Positions 39,290 through 49,171 of a DNA stretch of 64,000 bases are shown piece by piece. Source of the stretch: Gemmatimonadaceae bacterium (GTDB lineage: Bacteria > Gemmatimonadota > Gemmatimonadetes > Gemmatimonadales > Gemmatimonadaceae). The DNA lies in assembly GCA_051859245.1 (NCBI GenBank), contig JBHYGA010000004.1:288001-352000 (forward strand), read 5' to 3'. Under the pieces are notes generated by a model that was not told the DNA's origin, made no database searches, and worked only from the letters and a program-made list of their open reading frames with translations. The position numbers and the translations under genes are program-made. Numbering within the stretch: position 1 is the stretch's first letter; every line of letters starts with the position of its first letter.

Positions 39290-40289
39290 CTTGCGGCGTC
39301 GATTGCATTGTTGGTTGTAGCGCCGGTTCCACTACGCGCGACCAGATGGGTAGCACAATCAGTGGGTGAAAGTGTTGCAGTACGTCAAGGTGTGGGACAA
39401 TCAGATCGTGGACAAAACGCGCCAGCATGCGCTCCCCGGTAAACTCGCGCCGAAACTGCACGGCCGTCACACCCAGCATGGTGTGAATGTGCCGTCCAAA
39501 ACTTTGTGGCGATGAGTACTCGAGCGTGTTTGACACCTGTGTAATGCTGAGCCCCGGGTTTTCGAACAATGCGGCCGCGCGCACCAGCCGCGCCATCGCG
39601 AGATACCGTTTGGGTGCCGGCAGTCCCGCGCGATAAAAGCGACTCATGAGTGTGCTGGCCGAAACACCGAGTCGTTTGGCCAGTTGACGCACGGTGCCAA
39701 CTTTTGCCGGCGCAATGAAGCACGCGTCGAGAAAACGGCGACAGTCTTCGGGCGCCGCCGACAGCATGTCAGTGAGTTGCATGATCGCGCGCCGTTCAAT
39801 GCTGCTGCCACGGTGTGATGTGAACAGTTGCCGCAGATCACGCCAACCCGTAGGATCGCGCACATCAACAAGCGATTGCACGCCGTATTGGCCGAGCGAC
39901 AGCACCGTGTGCGCCGACGACGCGCTGCTCTCGGACAACAGCGCAACGGCTGGCACACCGGGAAACTCGCGCACCATGCGCGCCACCGACGACGCTGCGC
40001 GTGCATTGCAGCACGCCACCGACACAATGACCGCCTGGGCCCGACATTCGCGAAGGTCTTGCAGCAGTTCGTCCATCGTGTCGCGGTGTACGGCCACATA
40101 ACAGCCTTCTCCCGCCGCATCCACCTTGGTGCGTTCATGCGGTGTGAGCATGGTGACCACCGCCGTGTCCGCTTTGCTGCGCGCCGGCGCAATGCGATGC
40201 TGCCGCGCCGGACGCAGCAGCGACGGTGGGGTGGTGTGCGATTCACGACTCGTACGGCGTGGATTGGCGTAGTGAAAATCGTCCGACAT
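39249..40289 (-). CDS. AraC-family regulator with receiver-like N-terminal domain
   Basis: [16 protein letters not shown] and [24 protein letters not shown] pair. Confidence 0.85.
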   Translation of the reverse strand: MSDDFHYANPRRTSRESHTTPPSLLRPARQHRIAPARSKADTAVVTMLTPHERTKVDAAGEGCYVAVHRDTMDELLQDLRECRAQAVIVSVACCNARAASSVARMVREFPGVPAVALLSESSASSAHTVLSLGQYGVQSLVDVRDPTGWRDLRQLFTSHRGSSIERRAIMQLTDMLSAAPEDCRRFLDACFIAPAKVGTVRQLAKRLGVSASTLMSRFYRAGLPAPKRYLAMARLVRAAALFENPGLSITQVSNTLEYSSPQSFGRHIHTMLGVTAVQFRREFTGERMLARFVHDLIVPHLDVLQHFHPLIVLPIWSRVVEPALQPTMQSTPQVTPQPVGDSSVVR

Positions 40290-40477
40290 GATTCACTCGG
40301 CGCAGGCGTGAGGTGGCGAACGTGCGGGCCGCGCTATGCGATGCGGCAACACACGTGCAGTGGGCGTCGAATGACAGGGTACAGCGCGTCGTCACGACAC
40401 TGTCACGGGTGCGGCGCGAGTGTTGGCGCCGAGCAACTGAATATTGCAGGGGCCGGGTTTGTTATATTGCGACAGAC

Positions 40478-40905
40478 CAGTGGGTGGTCGTCGGCCGGAC
40501 GGTCGCGTCGGGTGTGCGCAAGCACATTCGCCGAGGAAAGTCCGGGCTCCACAGGGCAGGTTGCCAGGTAACGCCTGGGCGCACGCGGCGTGAGCTTCGT
40601 GTGACGGACAGCGCAACAGAAAGTAAACCGCCTCCGCGCAAGCGGCGGTAAGGGTGAAAGGGTGGGGTAAGAGCCCACCGCAGGCGTGGCAACACGTCTG
40701 GCACGGCAAACCCCAGCCGGAGCAAGGCCGAATAAGCGGCGAGAGACGGCCCGTCTCGACCACGGCGTGGCAACACGTCGAGCCGCGGGTAGGCTGCTGG
40801 AACGTGCGGGCGACCGTACGTCGAGAGAAATGACCGTCCGGTGTGTGGCGGGGTATCGCACCACACTGACAGAACCCGGCTTACAGGCCGGCGACTTACC
40901 CACTG
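40478..40905 (+). ncRNA. rnpB: RNase P RNA, type A
   Basis: GAGGAAAGTCCGGGCTCC, GCAACAGAAAGTAAACCGCC, GGGTGAAAGGGTGGGGTAAGAGCCCACC, ACAGAACCCGGCTTA; ends pair as P1. Confidence 0.97.
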
Positions 40906-40934
40906 TTTGCTGCTCTCTCGCCCGGATATGTGAA

Positions 40935-41909
40935 ATGCGTCGCGCTCTCGTTGCCATGGTCAGTCTTATGGTCAGTGTTGCGGTGCTGGGTGCGTGCGCG
41001 CGTGGTGTGACACCGCTGCCCGCACCAACGCCAGTGCCGCCGCCGGTGGTAGAACCCGTGCCGGCAGCCACGATTGCCCTGTCGCGTGTATCCATTGCCA
41101 CGCGTCATGACACCGCGCGTTACGACGTAACCAGCACCGCGCGCATCATGCGCGACAGCGGCGGACGTCCGGTCGAAGAGGAGATTGTCACGCGCGCGCA
41201 GGTGGCGTTTGCGCTGGTGCGCACTGGCAGCGCGCGTCCGGGTACCGCGCTGGATCTGCGCAGTACCGGTCGAGTAGATGGTTTTACAATCAGCGCGTCA
41301 GAGCGAGTGACCGGCGCGCGTTCCAGTGCCATGCAAGGTGCCGCACTCGGCGCGGTCACGGGTTCAACCAGTGGTGGCGTGTCACGCGCACCGCTCACGG
41401 TACCGTTTGATGCGTCGCTGAATGGTTTGAATGCGCGTGTTGCACCGCGGCCGTCGCTGGTCAACGAGTGTGACCGGCAGGAAATGAGCGCGGCTTCACT
41501 CGTGCGCGAATTATTGCTGCGATTGCCACCGGTACTTGAGGTTGGTGCGTCGTGGAGTGATACGTCGCGCGTGTTCCTGTGTCGCGGCGGTGTACCGGTC
41601 ACAGTGCAAACGGTGGCTACCGCGCACGTGCGATCACTCAATGCCACGGGCAATGGCACGCAGGCGGTTGTTGAACGCGATCTGGCAATTCGCATTGAAG
41701 GCGAACTCGCCACGGCCTGGCGCACGGTGGCCATGACCGGTCGTGGCACCGGCACACAGCGGTTTGTGATTGACGCGGAACGCGGGCGCGTGGACTCGCT
41801 GCGCAGCGAAAGTGAAACGCGCATTGAGGTGCGCGATTCGGTGCGGCCAGACGCGGGTGAGCAGTCGCTTACGCAACGTGTGGTGCTGGTGGCGGAGCGG
41901 CGGCCTTAA
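40935..41909 (+). CDS. Hypothetical lipoprotein
   Basis: Lipobox LGAC, Pro-rich linker, beta-rich body. Confidence 0.75.
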   Translation: MRRALVAMVSLMVSVAVLGACARGVTPLPAPTPVPPPVVEPVPAATIALSRVSIATRHDTARYDVTSTARIMRDSGGRPVEEEIVTRAQVAFALVRTGSARPGTALDLRSTGRVDGFTISASERVTGARSSAMQGAALGAVTGSTSGGVSRAPLTVPFDASLNGLNARVAPRPSLVNECDRQEMSAASLVRELLLRLPPVLEVGASWSDTSRVFLCRGGVPVTVQTVATAHVRSLNATGNGTQAVVERDLAIRIEGELATAWRTVAMTGRGTGTQRFVIDAERGRVDSLRSESETRIEVRDSVRPDAGEQSLTQRVVLVAERRP

Positions 41910-41938
41910 CGCGCGTCTCGAAATAATCAATTGGGCAT

Positions 41939-42502
41939 TTGCCCAATAGCGCGGCGAACTTTAGCGGGCGATGCTATGGTGATGACCGACACCAAGTGCA
42001 CCCTATTCAACTTGCCGTGGATCTGACAAACCGCAGAAAGCCGTTGCAATGGCAGCGGCTGTTTACGTGGTTTGGATATGGCGCATTATTTGGTGTACTC
42101 GTTACGGCGATCTGGCTTTCTTTGAGCGACCATGGTCATTCCGCAGCGTCCATGGGAATGCCGAACATGGTGTGGGCCACGTACGCCGCCGGTCTTTCAT
42201 TTCTTTTTTTATCACCAATCTGGCTGGGGGCGCTCGCGTTCTGGAATGTGCTCATGGTGAATGGGCTGCAGGCCATTGAGGACTCGACGCCGTTTCGACT
42301 AATCCTGCTCTGCTTGTACAGCGCCGTGCTACCCCTCCCCATTTGGTTCTGTCTTGGGATCGTTGGCGGTGTTATTGGAGCAGCCTCTCTGTTCCCGGAT
42401 CGCGTACAGTACACAGCGTACCTGTCAATCTGCTTTGCGTTCATCGTGCTGCCACGACTTGTTGTACCTGAGCTCAACAAATCGCTTGTGAGCAAATCGT
42501 GA
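41939..42502 (+). CDS. Hypothetical membrane protein (about 4 TM; start possibly 42017)
   Basis: Hydrophobic segments; lower GC than flanks by eye. Confidence 0.55.
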   Translation: MPNSAANFSGRCYGDDRHQVHPIQLAVDLTNRRKPLQWQRLFTWFGYGALFGVLVTAIWLSLSDHGHSAASMGMPNMVWATYAAGLSFLFLSPIWLGALAFWNVLMVNGLQAIEDSTPFRLILLCLYSAVLPLPIWFCLGIVGGVIGAASLFPDRVQYTAYLSICFAFIVLPRLVVPELNKSLVSKS

Positions 42503-42544
42503 CGGCACCGCGCGGTTTCCCTGTCGCTACGGATTGAGCAATCC

Positions 42545-42889
42545 ATGCTTCAGGTAATTCAGGCTGCGCTGGGCGTGCTCCGCCGCATTGAGTACTCGGT
42601 GTCTGAACCCGAACCAACAACCGAGACGCTGTTCTTCCTGCGTGACGTGCGCGGACTGTCCAATCGACTGGACGATTGCACGATCGACGAATGGCGCATG
42701 GGATCGGTACGCTCCGTGCTTTCGCCGCTTGATCTGCATCTGGTCGCCCGTTGTGTTGAGCACGTGCTCGAAGCGCCGGATTGGGATACCGACGCGCAAC
42801 GCGCACTTGATGCGTCACAGCTCACCGCGTTGCAATCACTGCTGCAGGAGTACATGGGCAGCAAACAGGCGGCGGTTGATTGGTGGTAG
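42545..42889 (+). CDS. Hypothetical protein (114 aa)
   Basis: ATG-initiated, helical/acidic composition, co-oriented with neighbours. Confidence 0.55.
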   Translation: MLQVIQAALGVLRRIEYSVSEPEPTTETLFFLRDVRGLSNRLDDCTIDEWRMGSVRSVLSPLDLHLVARCVEHVLEAPDWDTDAQRALDASQLTALQSLLQEYMGSKQAAVDWW

Positions 42890-42956
42890 TATGTCAGAGG
42901 GTTCGCGATGTGAGCGGCGATAGAACCGATGTCTCGAACAAATTGTCTCAATCGAG

Positions 42957-43442
42957 GTGGAGCCGTTGTCGATCGCTTTTGGTGTCAGGTACGCCCGGTT
43001 GCTACTGGCGAGCGTGAGTTTTCTCATCGTCTTCGCCGTCAGCTGGCTCGCACTCGCGGCGGTCCTCGTCGGTCGGTCGCTTCCGGACGGCGTTGCCAGC
43101 GAACAGGCAGCCAGCAGCTACGCGATGAACTACGGCATTGTGCTGTTTGTCTCACCGTTTGTGTGGGTGTGTCACGCGCTTGCGCTGATGTGGTGGGCGC
43201 GCGTGGATAGCGAGGGAAGTTGGCGTTCGCGCGTTGCACGCTGCGCGGTAAGTGCGTTGCTGACTGTCGTACTTTTTGCTATTCTCTTTTCTGCGGTTGG
43301 AATACGTGAGGATGCCGCCTACCTCGTTTTTCCCTTTATCCCCGTCGGCATGGTGCTCAGCGTTCTAGCCGCCACCACCGCCGCGTTTCACAGCTATGGG
43401 AAAAGCCCTTCTCCCACAAAAAATCATGAGAGAAGGGCCTAG
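42957..43442 (+). CDS. Hypothetical membrane protein (about 4 TM)
   Basis: Hydrophobic segments; GTG start. Confidence 0.55.
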   Translation: MEPLSIAFGVRYARLLLASVSFLIVFAVSWLALAAVLVGRSLPDGVASEQAASSYAMNYGIVLFVSPFVWVCHALALMWWARVDSEGSWRSRVARCAVSALLTVVLFAILFSAVGIREDAAYLVFPFIPVGMVLSVLAATTAAFHSYGKSPSPTKNHERRA

Positions 43443-43500
43443 CCTTGCCTACTATGGATAACCGCGCTGGAGACGCCTCCAGGCGCTCGCACGAGCTCGC

Positions 43501-44613
43501 TTAATCCATCAAGCGCAGCGGCATCACGAGGCAGAGGTAATCGGCGGGACTGTCCCAGCCCTGCGGTTCGATCGTGGCCGCACGTTCCGGCGCCTTGAAT
43601 GTGAGCTTGATCTCGTCCGTGGGCATGAAGCGCAGAATCTCGAGCAGATACGCGGCGTTAAAGCCAATGTCGAGCGGATCGCCGTCGTAGTTGATCGGCA
43701 ACTCGTCCGCGGCTTCGCCTAGATCCGGCGTGGTGACCGCAAACTTTAGCATGCCCGCGTTGAACGACAGCTTGATGCGATGCGTCTGGTCTGACGCAAT
43801 TACGCTCATGCGCTTGAGGGCGCCGGCGAGCGCGGCTTTGTCGAGTATGCAATGCTTGTCGTTGTCCTTCGGAATGACCTGCTCGTAGTTCGGATACGGG
43901 CCTTCGATCAAGCGCGTGTACACGGCGGTAAACGGCGAACGAAAACCGAGGTGGTTGTCGCCGCGCGCGATTTCCAATTCTTCTTCGGCCGGAAACAAAC
44001 GACGCACTTGTTCGAGCGCCTTGGGCGGCACAATCAGATCGCTTGGCGGTGCACTGCTGCCAGGAATCGGCAGATCCATGCGTGCAAGACGATGTCCGTT
44101 GGTGGCCACCATGCGCATGCGTTCTTCGCGCAGCTCCCACAACACACCGTTCAGAATCGGACGCGACTCCTCGGTGCTTACGGCAAACGCCGTGTGCGAA
44201 ATGAGCTGCTGCAACTCACCCGATTTTACACGCCACGCTTCGTTGAAACGCACCTGCGGAAACGTGGGGAACTCGTCGCGTGGAAGGCCGAGCAGTTTGA
44301 AACGCGAACGTCCGCACTCGAGTGTGACACGCTGTTCGCCCGACGTTGCAATCTTGACCGGTGCCGGCGGCAACTCACGCGCGATCTCCGACAACTTGCG
44401 CGCAGGAATGGTGATGGCGCCTGCGGCTTCGACGTCAGCACTCACTTCTGTGCTGACGGCAATGTCGAGATCGGTGGCGGACAAGCGAATGCCACGGTCG
44501 GTTGTTTCGACCAGGAGATTCGCCAGTACGGGAAGCGTGGTTTTGGCGGGCACAGCGGCAGTGACTGCCGAAAGGCCCTCCAACAACTTTTCGCGCGAGA
44601 TCGTGAAGCGCAT
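43501..44613 (-). CDS. dnaN: DNA polymerase III beta sliding clamp
   Basis: SATDLDI, SRPILNG, VATNGHRL, RLIEGPYPNY, GFNAAYL, LVMPLR. Confidence 0.98.
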   Translation of the reverse strand: MRFTISREKLLEGLSAVTAAVPAKTTLPVLANLLVETTDRGIRLSATDLDIAVSTEVSADVEAAGAITIPARKLSEIARELPPAPVKIATSGEQRVTLECGRSRFKLLGLPRDEFPTFPQVRFNEAWRVKSGELQQLISHTAFAVSTEESRPILNGVLWELREERMRMVATNGHRLARMDLPIPGSSAPPSDLIVPPKALEQVRRLFPAEEELEIARGDNHLGFRSPFTAVYTRLIEGPYPNYEQVIPKDNDKHCILDKAALAGALKRMSVIASDQTHRIKLSFNAGMLKFAVTTPDLGEAADELPINYDGDPLDIGFNAAYLLEILRFMPTDEIKLTFKAPERAATIEPQGWDSPADYLCLVMPLRLMD

Positions 44614-44880
44614 GCCAGACGTTGAAAGAATGGTCAGCCTGCTGTTGTTCTTTAATTAAAGAACAAACTAGTAGTAGCAGTAGAGCATGTGGACTTGGGG
44701 AGAACGCCCATAACCTACGATAGATGAACGTGATGCGCTACAGCAGCTCATGTGCGTTCGATGGGGACAGACGGGCTGCATCCCCGCTCGCCCACAAAGC
44801 CCGATGGAAAAACGTGGACAAGTGTGGACTCACGAGGACAGCGACCCAGTTGTCCTCAGGGTTTCCAACATGCTACGAAG
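44614..44880. other. oriC: oriC: DnaA-box-like 9-mers, DnaA-trios and AT-rich unwinding element
   Basis: dnaA-dnaN intergenic region; TAG-TAG-TAG-CAG-TAG 44669-44683; boxes TGTGGACTT and TGGGGAGAA 44688-44704; CGTGGACAA and TGTGGACTC near 44813-44831. Confidence 0.85.
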
Positions 44881-46248
44881 GCGCGTCACGCGTTCCGCAA
44901 ACTCCGGCATCGAAGCCATGTCGTCGGCCACACGATCAAGCGAGTGGATGACGGTGGAGTGATCGCGTCCACCAAACGCGTTGCCGATTTCGACCAACTG
45001 CAGCGCCAGCAGCTCGCGGCAGAGGAACATCGCCACCTGGCGCGGTCCCGTGAGCTGTTTGGTGCGGGTTTTTGAACGTAATCCGTCGGGCGTCACGCCC
45101 CATTCACGCGCCACCACCTGCTGAATCGTGGCCACCGTAATGCTGGTGGGCGGGACGTCGGGGAAGTCGGAGGTATTGGCCGAACTGCGCAGCTTGTCCT
45201 TGAGCGCCTCTCGGGCCAGCTCCACGGAGATTTCGCGGTGCTTGAGCGAGGCGTAGGCCAGCAGCTTGATGATCGAGCCTTCGAGCTCGCGCACGCTCGA
45301 TTTCACATGCTGCGCAATGAACTCGATGACTTCATCGGGAATGGTGAGCTCGAGATGGTCGAGGCTCGCCTTCTTCTTGAGAATCGCAATGCGGTGTTCA
45401 AGGTCGGGCGAATCCACGTTGGCGACCATGCCCCACTCAAAGCGCGACACGAGCCGCGACTCGAGTCCGGGGATCTCTTTGGGCGGCCGATCGGACGTCA
45501 GCACGATCTGGCGACCCGCTTCATAGATCGCGTTGAACGTGTGGAAGAACTCTTCCTGTGTGGATTCTTTGCCCTTGAGGAACTGCACGTCGTCCACCAG
45601 CAGCAGGTCAATCTCGCGGTAGCGCCGGCGGAACTCGTGCATCTGGCCGCCCTGAATGGCGCTCACAAAATCGTTGGTAAACTGCTCGGTGCCCACAAAC
45701 GCGAGTCGGAGCGAGGGCGTTTTGCGGACCAGCTCGTGGGCGATGGCCTGCATGAGGTGGGTCTTGCCGAGCCCCGTCTCGCCGTAGATGAAAAGCGGGT
45801 TGTAGACTTTGCCGGGGGCCTGAGCGGCCGCCTGCGAGGCGGCCGCGGCGACGTCGTTCGACTTGCCGATGACAAACTGCTCGAACGTGTACCTCGGATT
45901 TAGTGGCGCTGATATCGCCGATTTCTGCTGTGATACTGGCGCTAAAGGAGGCGCTGGCTGCTGGACAAAGATGTCCAACTGAGCCCGCTTGGCCCGCTCC
46001 TCCGAGATGCGAAACTGCAGCCGAATGGGGTGCCCGAGGGCCACCGGCGCAAAGCTCGCCAGCAGCTCGCTGTGCTTGCTTTCGTTCCAGTCGGCGGAGA
46101 ATTGGTCCGGCACGACGACCGTCAGCAGACCGTCCTGGAAGGCCGACGGCTCGGCCGGTTCAAGCCATGTCCGAAACGTCTGTTCGGGGAGGACCTGTCG
46201 CGCGCGCGTGAGCAGGCGCTCCCAGATATCAGACGGGGACAGGGACAT
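44830..46248 (-). CDS. dnaA: Chromosomal replication initiator DnaA
   Basis: LNPRYTFEQFV, YNPLFIYGETGLGKTHL, TQEEFFHTFN, GGRDHSTVIH. Confidence 0.98.
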   Translation of the reverse strand: MSLSPSDIWERLLTRARQVLPEQTFRTWLEPAEPSAFQDGLLTVVVPDQFSADWNESKHSELLASFAPVALGHPIRLQFRISEERAKRAQLDIFVQQPAPPLAPVSQQKSAISAPLNPRYTFEQFVIGKSNDVAAAASQAAAQAPGKVYNPLFIYGETGLGKTHLMQAIAHELVRKTPSLRLAFVGTEQFTNDFVSAIQGGQMHEFRRRYREIDLLLVDDVQFLKGKESTQEEFFHTFNAIYEAGRQIVLTSDRPPKEIPGLESRLVSRFEWGMVANVDSPDLEHRIAILKKKASLDHLELTIPDEVIEFIAQHVKSSVRELEGSIIKLLAYASLKHREISVELAREALKDKLRSSANTSDFPDVPPTSITVATIQQVVAREWGVTPDGLRSKTRTKQLTGPRQVAMFLCRELLALQLVEIGNAFGGRDHSTVIHSLDRVADDMASMPEFAERVTRLRSMLETLRTTGSLSS

Positions 46249-46308
46249 GACGGCGATCAGGGGTTCGGGCGGACACGGATGGTGGGGGAGCGAAGCTAGC
46301 CCGATGAA

Positions 46309-46317
46309 TGTGGATAA
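46309..46317 (-). promoter_or_regulatory. Perfect DnaA box upstream of dnaA
   Basis: TTATCCACA on the minus strand. Confidence 0.8.
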
Positions 46318-46372
46318 GTCAAATCGTGACCGGCCGCTTGTGGTTCTCCCTTCACGCCGCACCTTCAGCGAC

Positions 46373-46402
46373 TTGACGCAAGCCCAAGTAAATGGCTATC
46401 TT
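46373..46402 (+). promoter_or_regulatory. Sigma70-type promoter for rpmH
   Basis: TTGACG-N18-TATCTT. Confidence 0.6.
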
Positions 46403-46458
46403 ACGGATCTGTGCCTAGCACCATCTATTCACCAATATTTTTTCGATAAGGCAAGCAT

Positions 46459-46623
46459 ATGGGCAAGCCCACGTACCGCCCGCGCAATACCAAGCGTCTC
46501 CGCAAGCACGGCTTCCGCGCTCGCATGGCAGACAAGTGGGGCCGCGCGACCCTGAGCCGTCGTCGCCGTAAGGGGCGCAAGCAGCTCACGGTCCAGTTGC
46601 CGTCCAAGTACGCAGGCGCCTGA
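46459..46623 (+). CDS. rpmH: 50S ribosomal protein L34 (not in the ORF track)
   Basis: [54 protein letters not shown]. Confidence 0.97.
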   Translation: MGKPTYRPRNTKRLRKHGFRARMADKWGRATLSRRRRKGRKQLTVQLPSKYAGA

Positions 46624-47008
46624 TTCCCGTCGGCTCCGGCGCGCGCAGCGAGTTACGCGCGGACCGGAGCTTGAGCGGACACGTCGCGAAGGGAAGCGGG
46701 TACGCACCAGTACGCTCGAGGTGCGTGCCATCGCTTCCCTTCATGCGCTTCCACGGGTTGGGATGATCATTCCCAAACATCGGCATTCATCGGTTGAGCG
46801 CAATCTGCTCAAACGACGTCTGCGAGAACTCCTGCGCGTGGAGCTGCTGCCCATGTTGCACGCAAGCAATGCATCGCTTGACGTGGTAGTGCGCGCGAGC
46901 CCGAACGCATACGCACGCTCGTTCATCGAGCTGCGTGAGGAGATCCTCATGGCGGCCACACGATTGCAGCAGATGACGTTTGTCACGCCACAGCACGATG
47001 TGCGCTGA
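46622..47008 (+). CDS. rnpA: RNase P protein component; start codon unresolved (first GTG at 46721 truncates the fold)
   Basis: [20 protein letters not shown] (RNR motif); N-terminal [23 protein letters not shown] in frame upstream. Confidence 0.9.
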   Translation, partial: DSRRLRRAQRVTRGPELERTRREGKRVRTSTLEVRAIASLHALPRVGMIIPKHRHSSVERNLLKRRLRELLRVELLPMLHASNASLDVVVRASPNAYARSFIELREEILMAATRLQQMTFVTPQHDVR

Positions 47009-47291
47009 TCACGCGTCGCCCGTGGATCACGACACGGAGCGCGTGAGCGTTCCTGCGCCCGTGACCGGAATCGCCGCGGTGCCTCGATTTCTGCTTATTC
47101 TGGGCGTGCGTCTGTATCAGGTCGCACTCTCGCCGCTTTTAGGCGGCTCCTGCCGCTATTTTCCGTCTTGTTCCGCGTACGCGATCGAGGCGCTTGAGCG
47201 TCACGGCGCGGCACGCGGCAGTTGGCTTGCCATTCGCCGGATTGGACGGTGTCATCCGTTCCGCCCCGGTGGATTCGACCCCGTGCCCTGA
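46998..47291 (+). CDS. yidD: Membrane protein insertion efficiency factor YidD
   Basis: [37 protein letters not shown]. Confidence 0.95.
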   Translation: MCADHASPVDHDTERVSVPAPVTGIAAVPRFLLILGVRLYQVALSPLLGGSCRYFPSCSAYAIEALERHGAARGSWLAIRRIGRCHPFRPGGFDPVP

Positions 47292-47370
47292 CACGCAACG
47301 CGGGAATCGGCCGTATGGTCGATATCCTCGTCGCCTGACAGCGTCGCTCTGCTGCCCGTAGAAACACACA

Positions 47371-49167
47371 ATGGAACCACGTCGTCTCGCGCTCGCCGTT
47401 GTCCTCATGGCGGTCGTCCTCATCGCTACGCCCATTCTCTTTCCTTCGGTCACGCCCGCCGATTCCGAAAAGGGAGTACCGGTCGACAGCCTCTCATCGG
47501 TCATGAGCGGCGCCGCCGCGATTGATGAAGGCATGGCGCCACCCCAAGCAGCGCAGCAAGCCACGAATGTCGACGGCATCACGCAAGGCGCGGCGATTAC
47601 GGCGCTGCCCGACGGCGACACGCTGTTGCCGCAGCGCGTGGTCATCGACACCACCGCCGTGGTCACCCCGCTCGCCACGTATCGCGTCAGCTCGCTCGGC
47701 GCCGCGCTGGTGTCGGCCGAAATGCAAACGTATAAGGCGCTTGATGAAGGCGGACGCAAAACCGATCGACCCGTAGAGCTCGCGCAAACCGGCGATCGTT
47801 TGCTGGCCTGGCGCATGGTGTTCCCGGGCGGCGATACGGTGAATCTCACGCGCACACCGTTCACGCTCGCGCAATCAACCGCCGACGGTCGCACACAGCT
47901 GCGCTACAGCGCGCAGGTGGGGCAGCGCAATATCGCGATCACGTACAGCTTCTTGCCCGACAGTTTTCGCGTGAACATTGGCGCGACCGTCACCGGTGCA
48001 AACACCGATGGATATTTGCTCGTGGATCTGCCGCCGAGCTTCCGGAGTTCGGAAGCGGACTCGGTGGAGGACCGCACGCACATTTCGTACGCGTTCAAGC
48101 CGGAGAATCGCAGCGCGGACCTGATTGCGTTCAACAAACTCGATCCGGGTGAACGTGAGCTCAAACAGGGTCCGTTCACCTGGGTGGTCGCGAAGAACAA
48201 GTACTTCCTGATCGGTGTGCTCGCGCCGGAAAACGCGCCGGGTTTTGTGGAGCTCGATGTGACCGGTGGTGCGCGTGTGAGCAAACAGGCGACGCGCGCG
48301 CAGGGTCATGTGATTGTGAACCTGCGCAACGGTGCCGCCGCGCTCGAAGTGTACGCCGGCCCGCAGGAGTTCAAGCGCATGGTCGCGATGGGTCGCGAGT
48401 TCGAATCGTCGAACCCGTACGGCGGCTTCATGCAGAAGATCATCCAGCCGTTCGCCACGATGGTGATCAAGACGCTGCTCTGGATGAAAGAAAAGGGCGG
48501 TCTGTCGTACGGTTGGGTGCTGGTGATCTTTGGTGTTGCAGTGCGATTGATTCTCTGGCCAGTGAATCAGCGCGCGATGAAAACGTCGCTCGCGATGCAG
48601 CAGATTCAGCCGGAGATTCAGGCCGTGCAGGCCAAGCACAAAGGCGATCCGCAAAAGACGCAGCAGGAAATCATGAAGGTGTACGCGGACCACGGCCTCA
48701 ATCCGCTGAGTTCGCTCACGGGTTGTTTGCCGATGTTCATTCCGCTGCCCGTGTTTTTTGCGCTGTTCTTTGTGTTCCAGAATACGATCGAGTTCCGCGG
48801 CGTCCCGTTCCTGTGGCTGCCCGATATTTCGCTCAAGGATCCGTTCTACATTCTGCCGATTCTGGTGGCCGGTACGGCGTTCCTGGTGTCGTGGATTGGT
48901 CTCAAGAGCACGCCCGATAATCCGCAGGCGCGTTTGATGACGTACCTGATTCCGGGCATCATGCTGATTTTCTTTGTGAACTTTGCCTCAGGACTCAACC
49001 TGTATTACGCGGTGCAGAATCTCGCGTCGTTGCCGCAGCAGTGGTTGATTGCGAAGGAGCGTCAGAAAATGAAGCTCACGCCGCGGGTGCAAACGCCGGC
49101 TGGCGCTGTCGCAAAGGCTGGTAAATCGAAAGACGCGGGCAAGTCTGAGCCCAAGCGTCTGAGCTGA
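47371..49167 (+). CDS. yidC: Membrane protein insertase YidC
   Basis: YAGPQE, GCLPMFI, FLWLPDIS.KDP, SGLNLYY. Confidence 0.97.
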   Translation: MEPRRLALAVVLMAVVLIATPILFPSVTPADSEKGVPVDSLSSVMSGAAAIDEGMAPPQAAQQATNVDGITQGAAITALPDGDTLLPQRVVIDTTAVVTPLATYRVSSLGAALVSAEMQTYKALDEGGRKTDRPVELAQTGDRLLAWRMVFPGGDTVNLTRTPFTLAQSTADGRTQLRYSAQVGQRNIAITYSFLPDSFRVNIGATVTGANTDGYLLVDLPPSFRSSEADSVEDRTHISYAFKPENRSADLIAFNKLDPGERELKQGPFTWVVAKNKYFLIGVLAPENAPGFVELDVTGGARVSKQATRAQGHVIVNLRNGAAALEVYAGPQEFKRMVAMGREFESSNPYGGFMQKIIQPFATMVIKTLLWMKEKGGLSYGWVLVIFGVAVRLILWPVNQRAMKTSLAMQQIQPEIQAVQAKHKGDPQKTQQEIMKVYADHGLNPLSSLTGCLPMFIPLPVFFALFFVFQNTIEFRGVPFLWLPDISLKDPFYILPILVAGTAFLVSWIGLKSTPDNPQARLMTYLIPGIMLIFFVNFASGLNLYYAVQNLASLPQQWLIAKERQKMKLTPRVQTPAGAVAKAGKSKDAGKSEPKRLS

Positions 49168-49171
49168 TGTG

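Noticed and set aside
40313..41101. Several ORFs overlapping rnpB
   Set aside because: Explained by the RNase P RNA gene
43453..43461. DnaA-box-like TATGGATAA downstream of dnaN
   Set aside because: Single 8/9 match with no cluster; could be chance
41910..43500. Integron cassette array
   Set aside because: No convincing RYYYAAC..GTTRRRY attC pairs and no intI in the window
46249..46362. Longer dnaA N-terminus from the ORF track
   Set aside because: Overlaps the DnaA box/promoter region; DnaA domain I similarity begins at MSLSPSDIW
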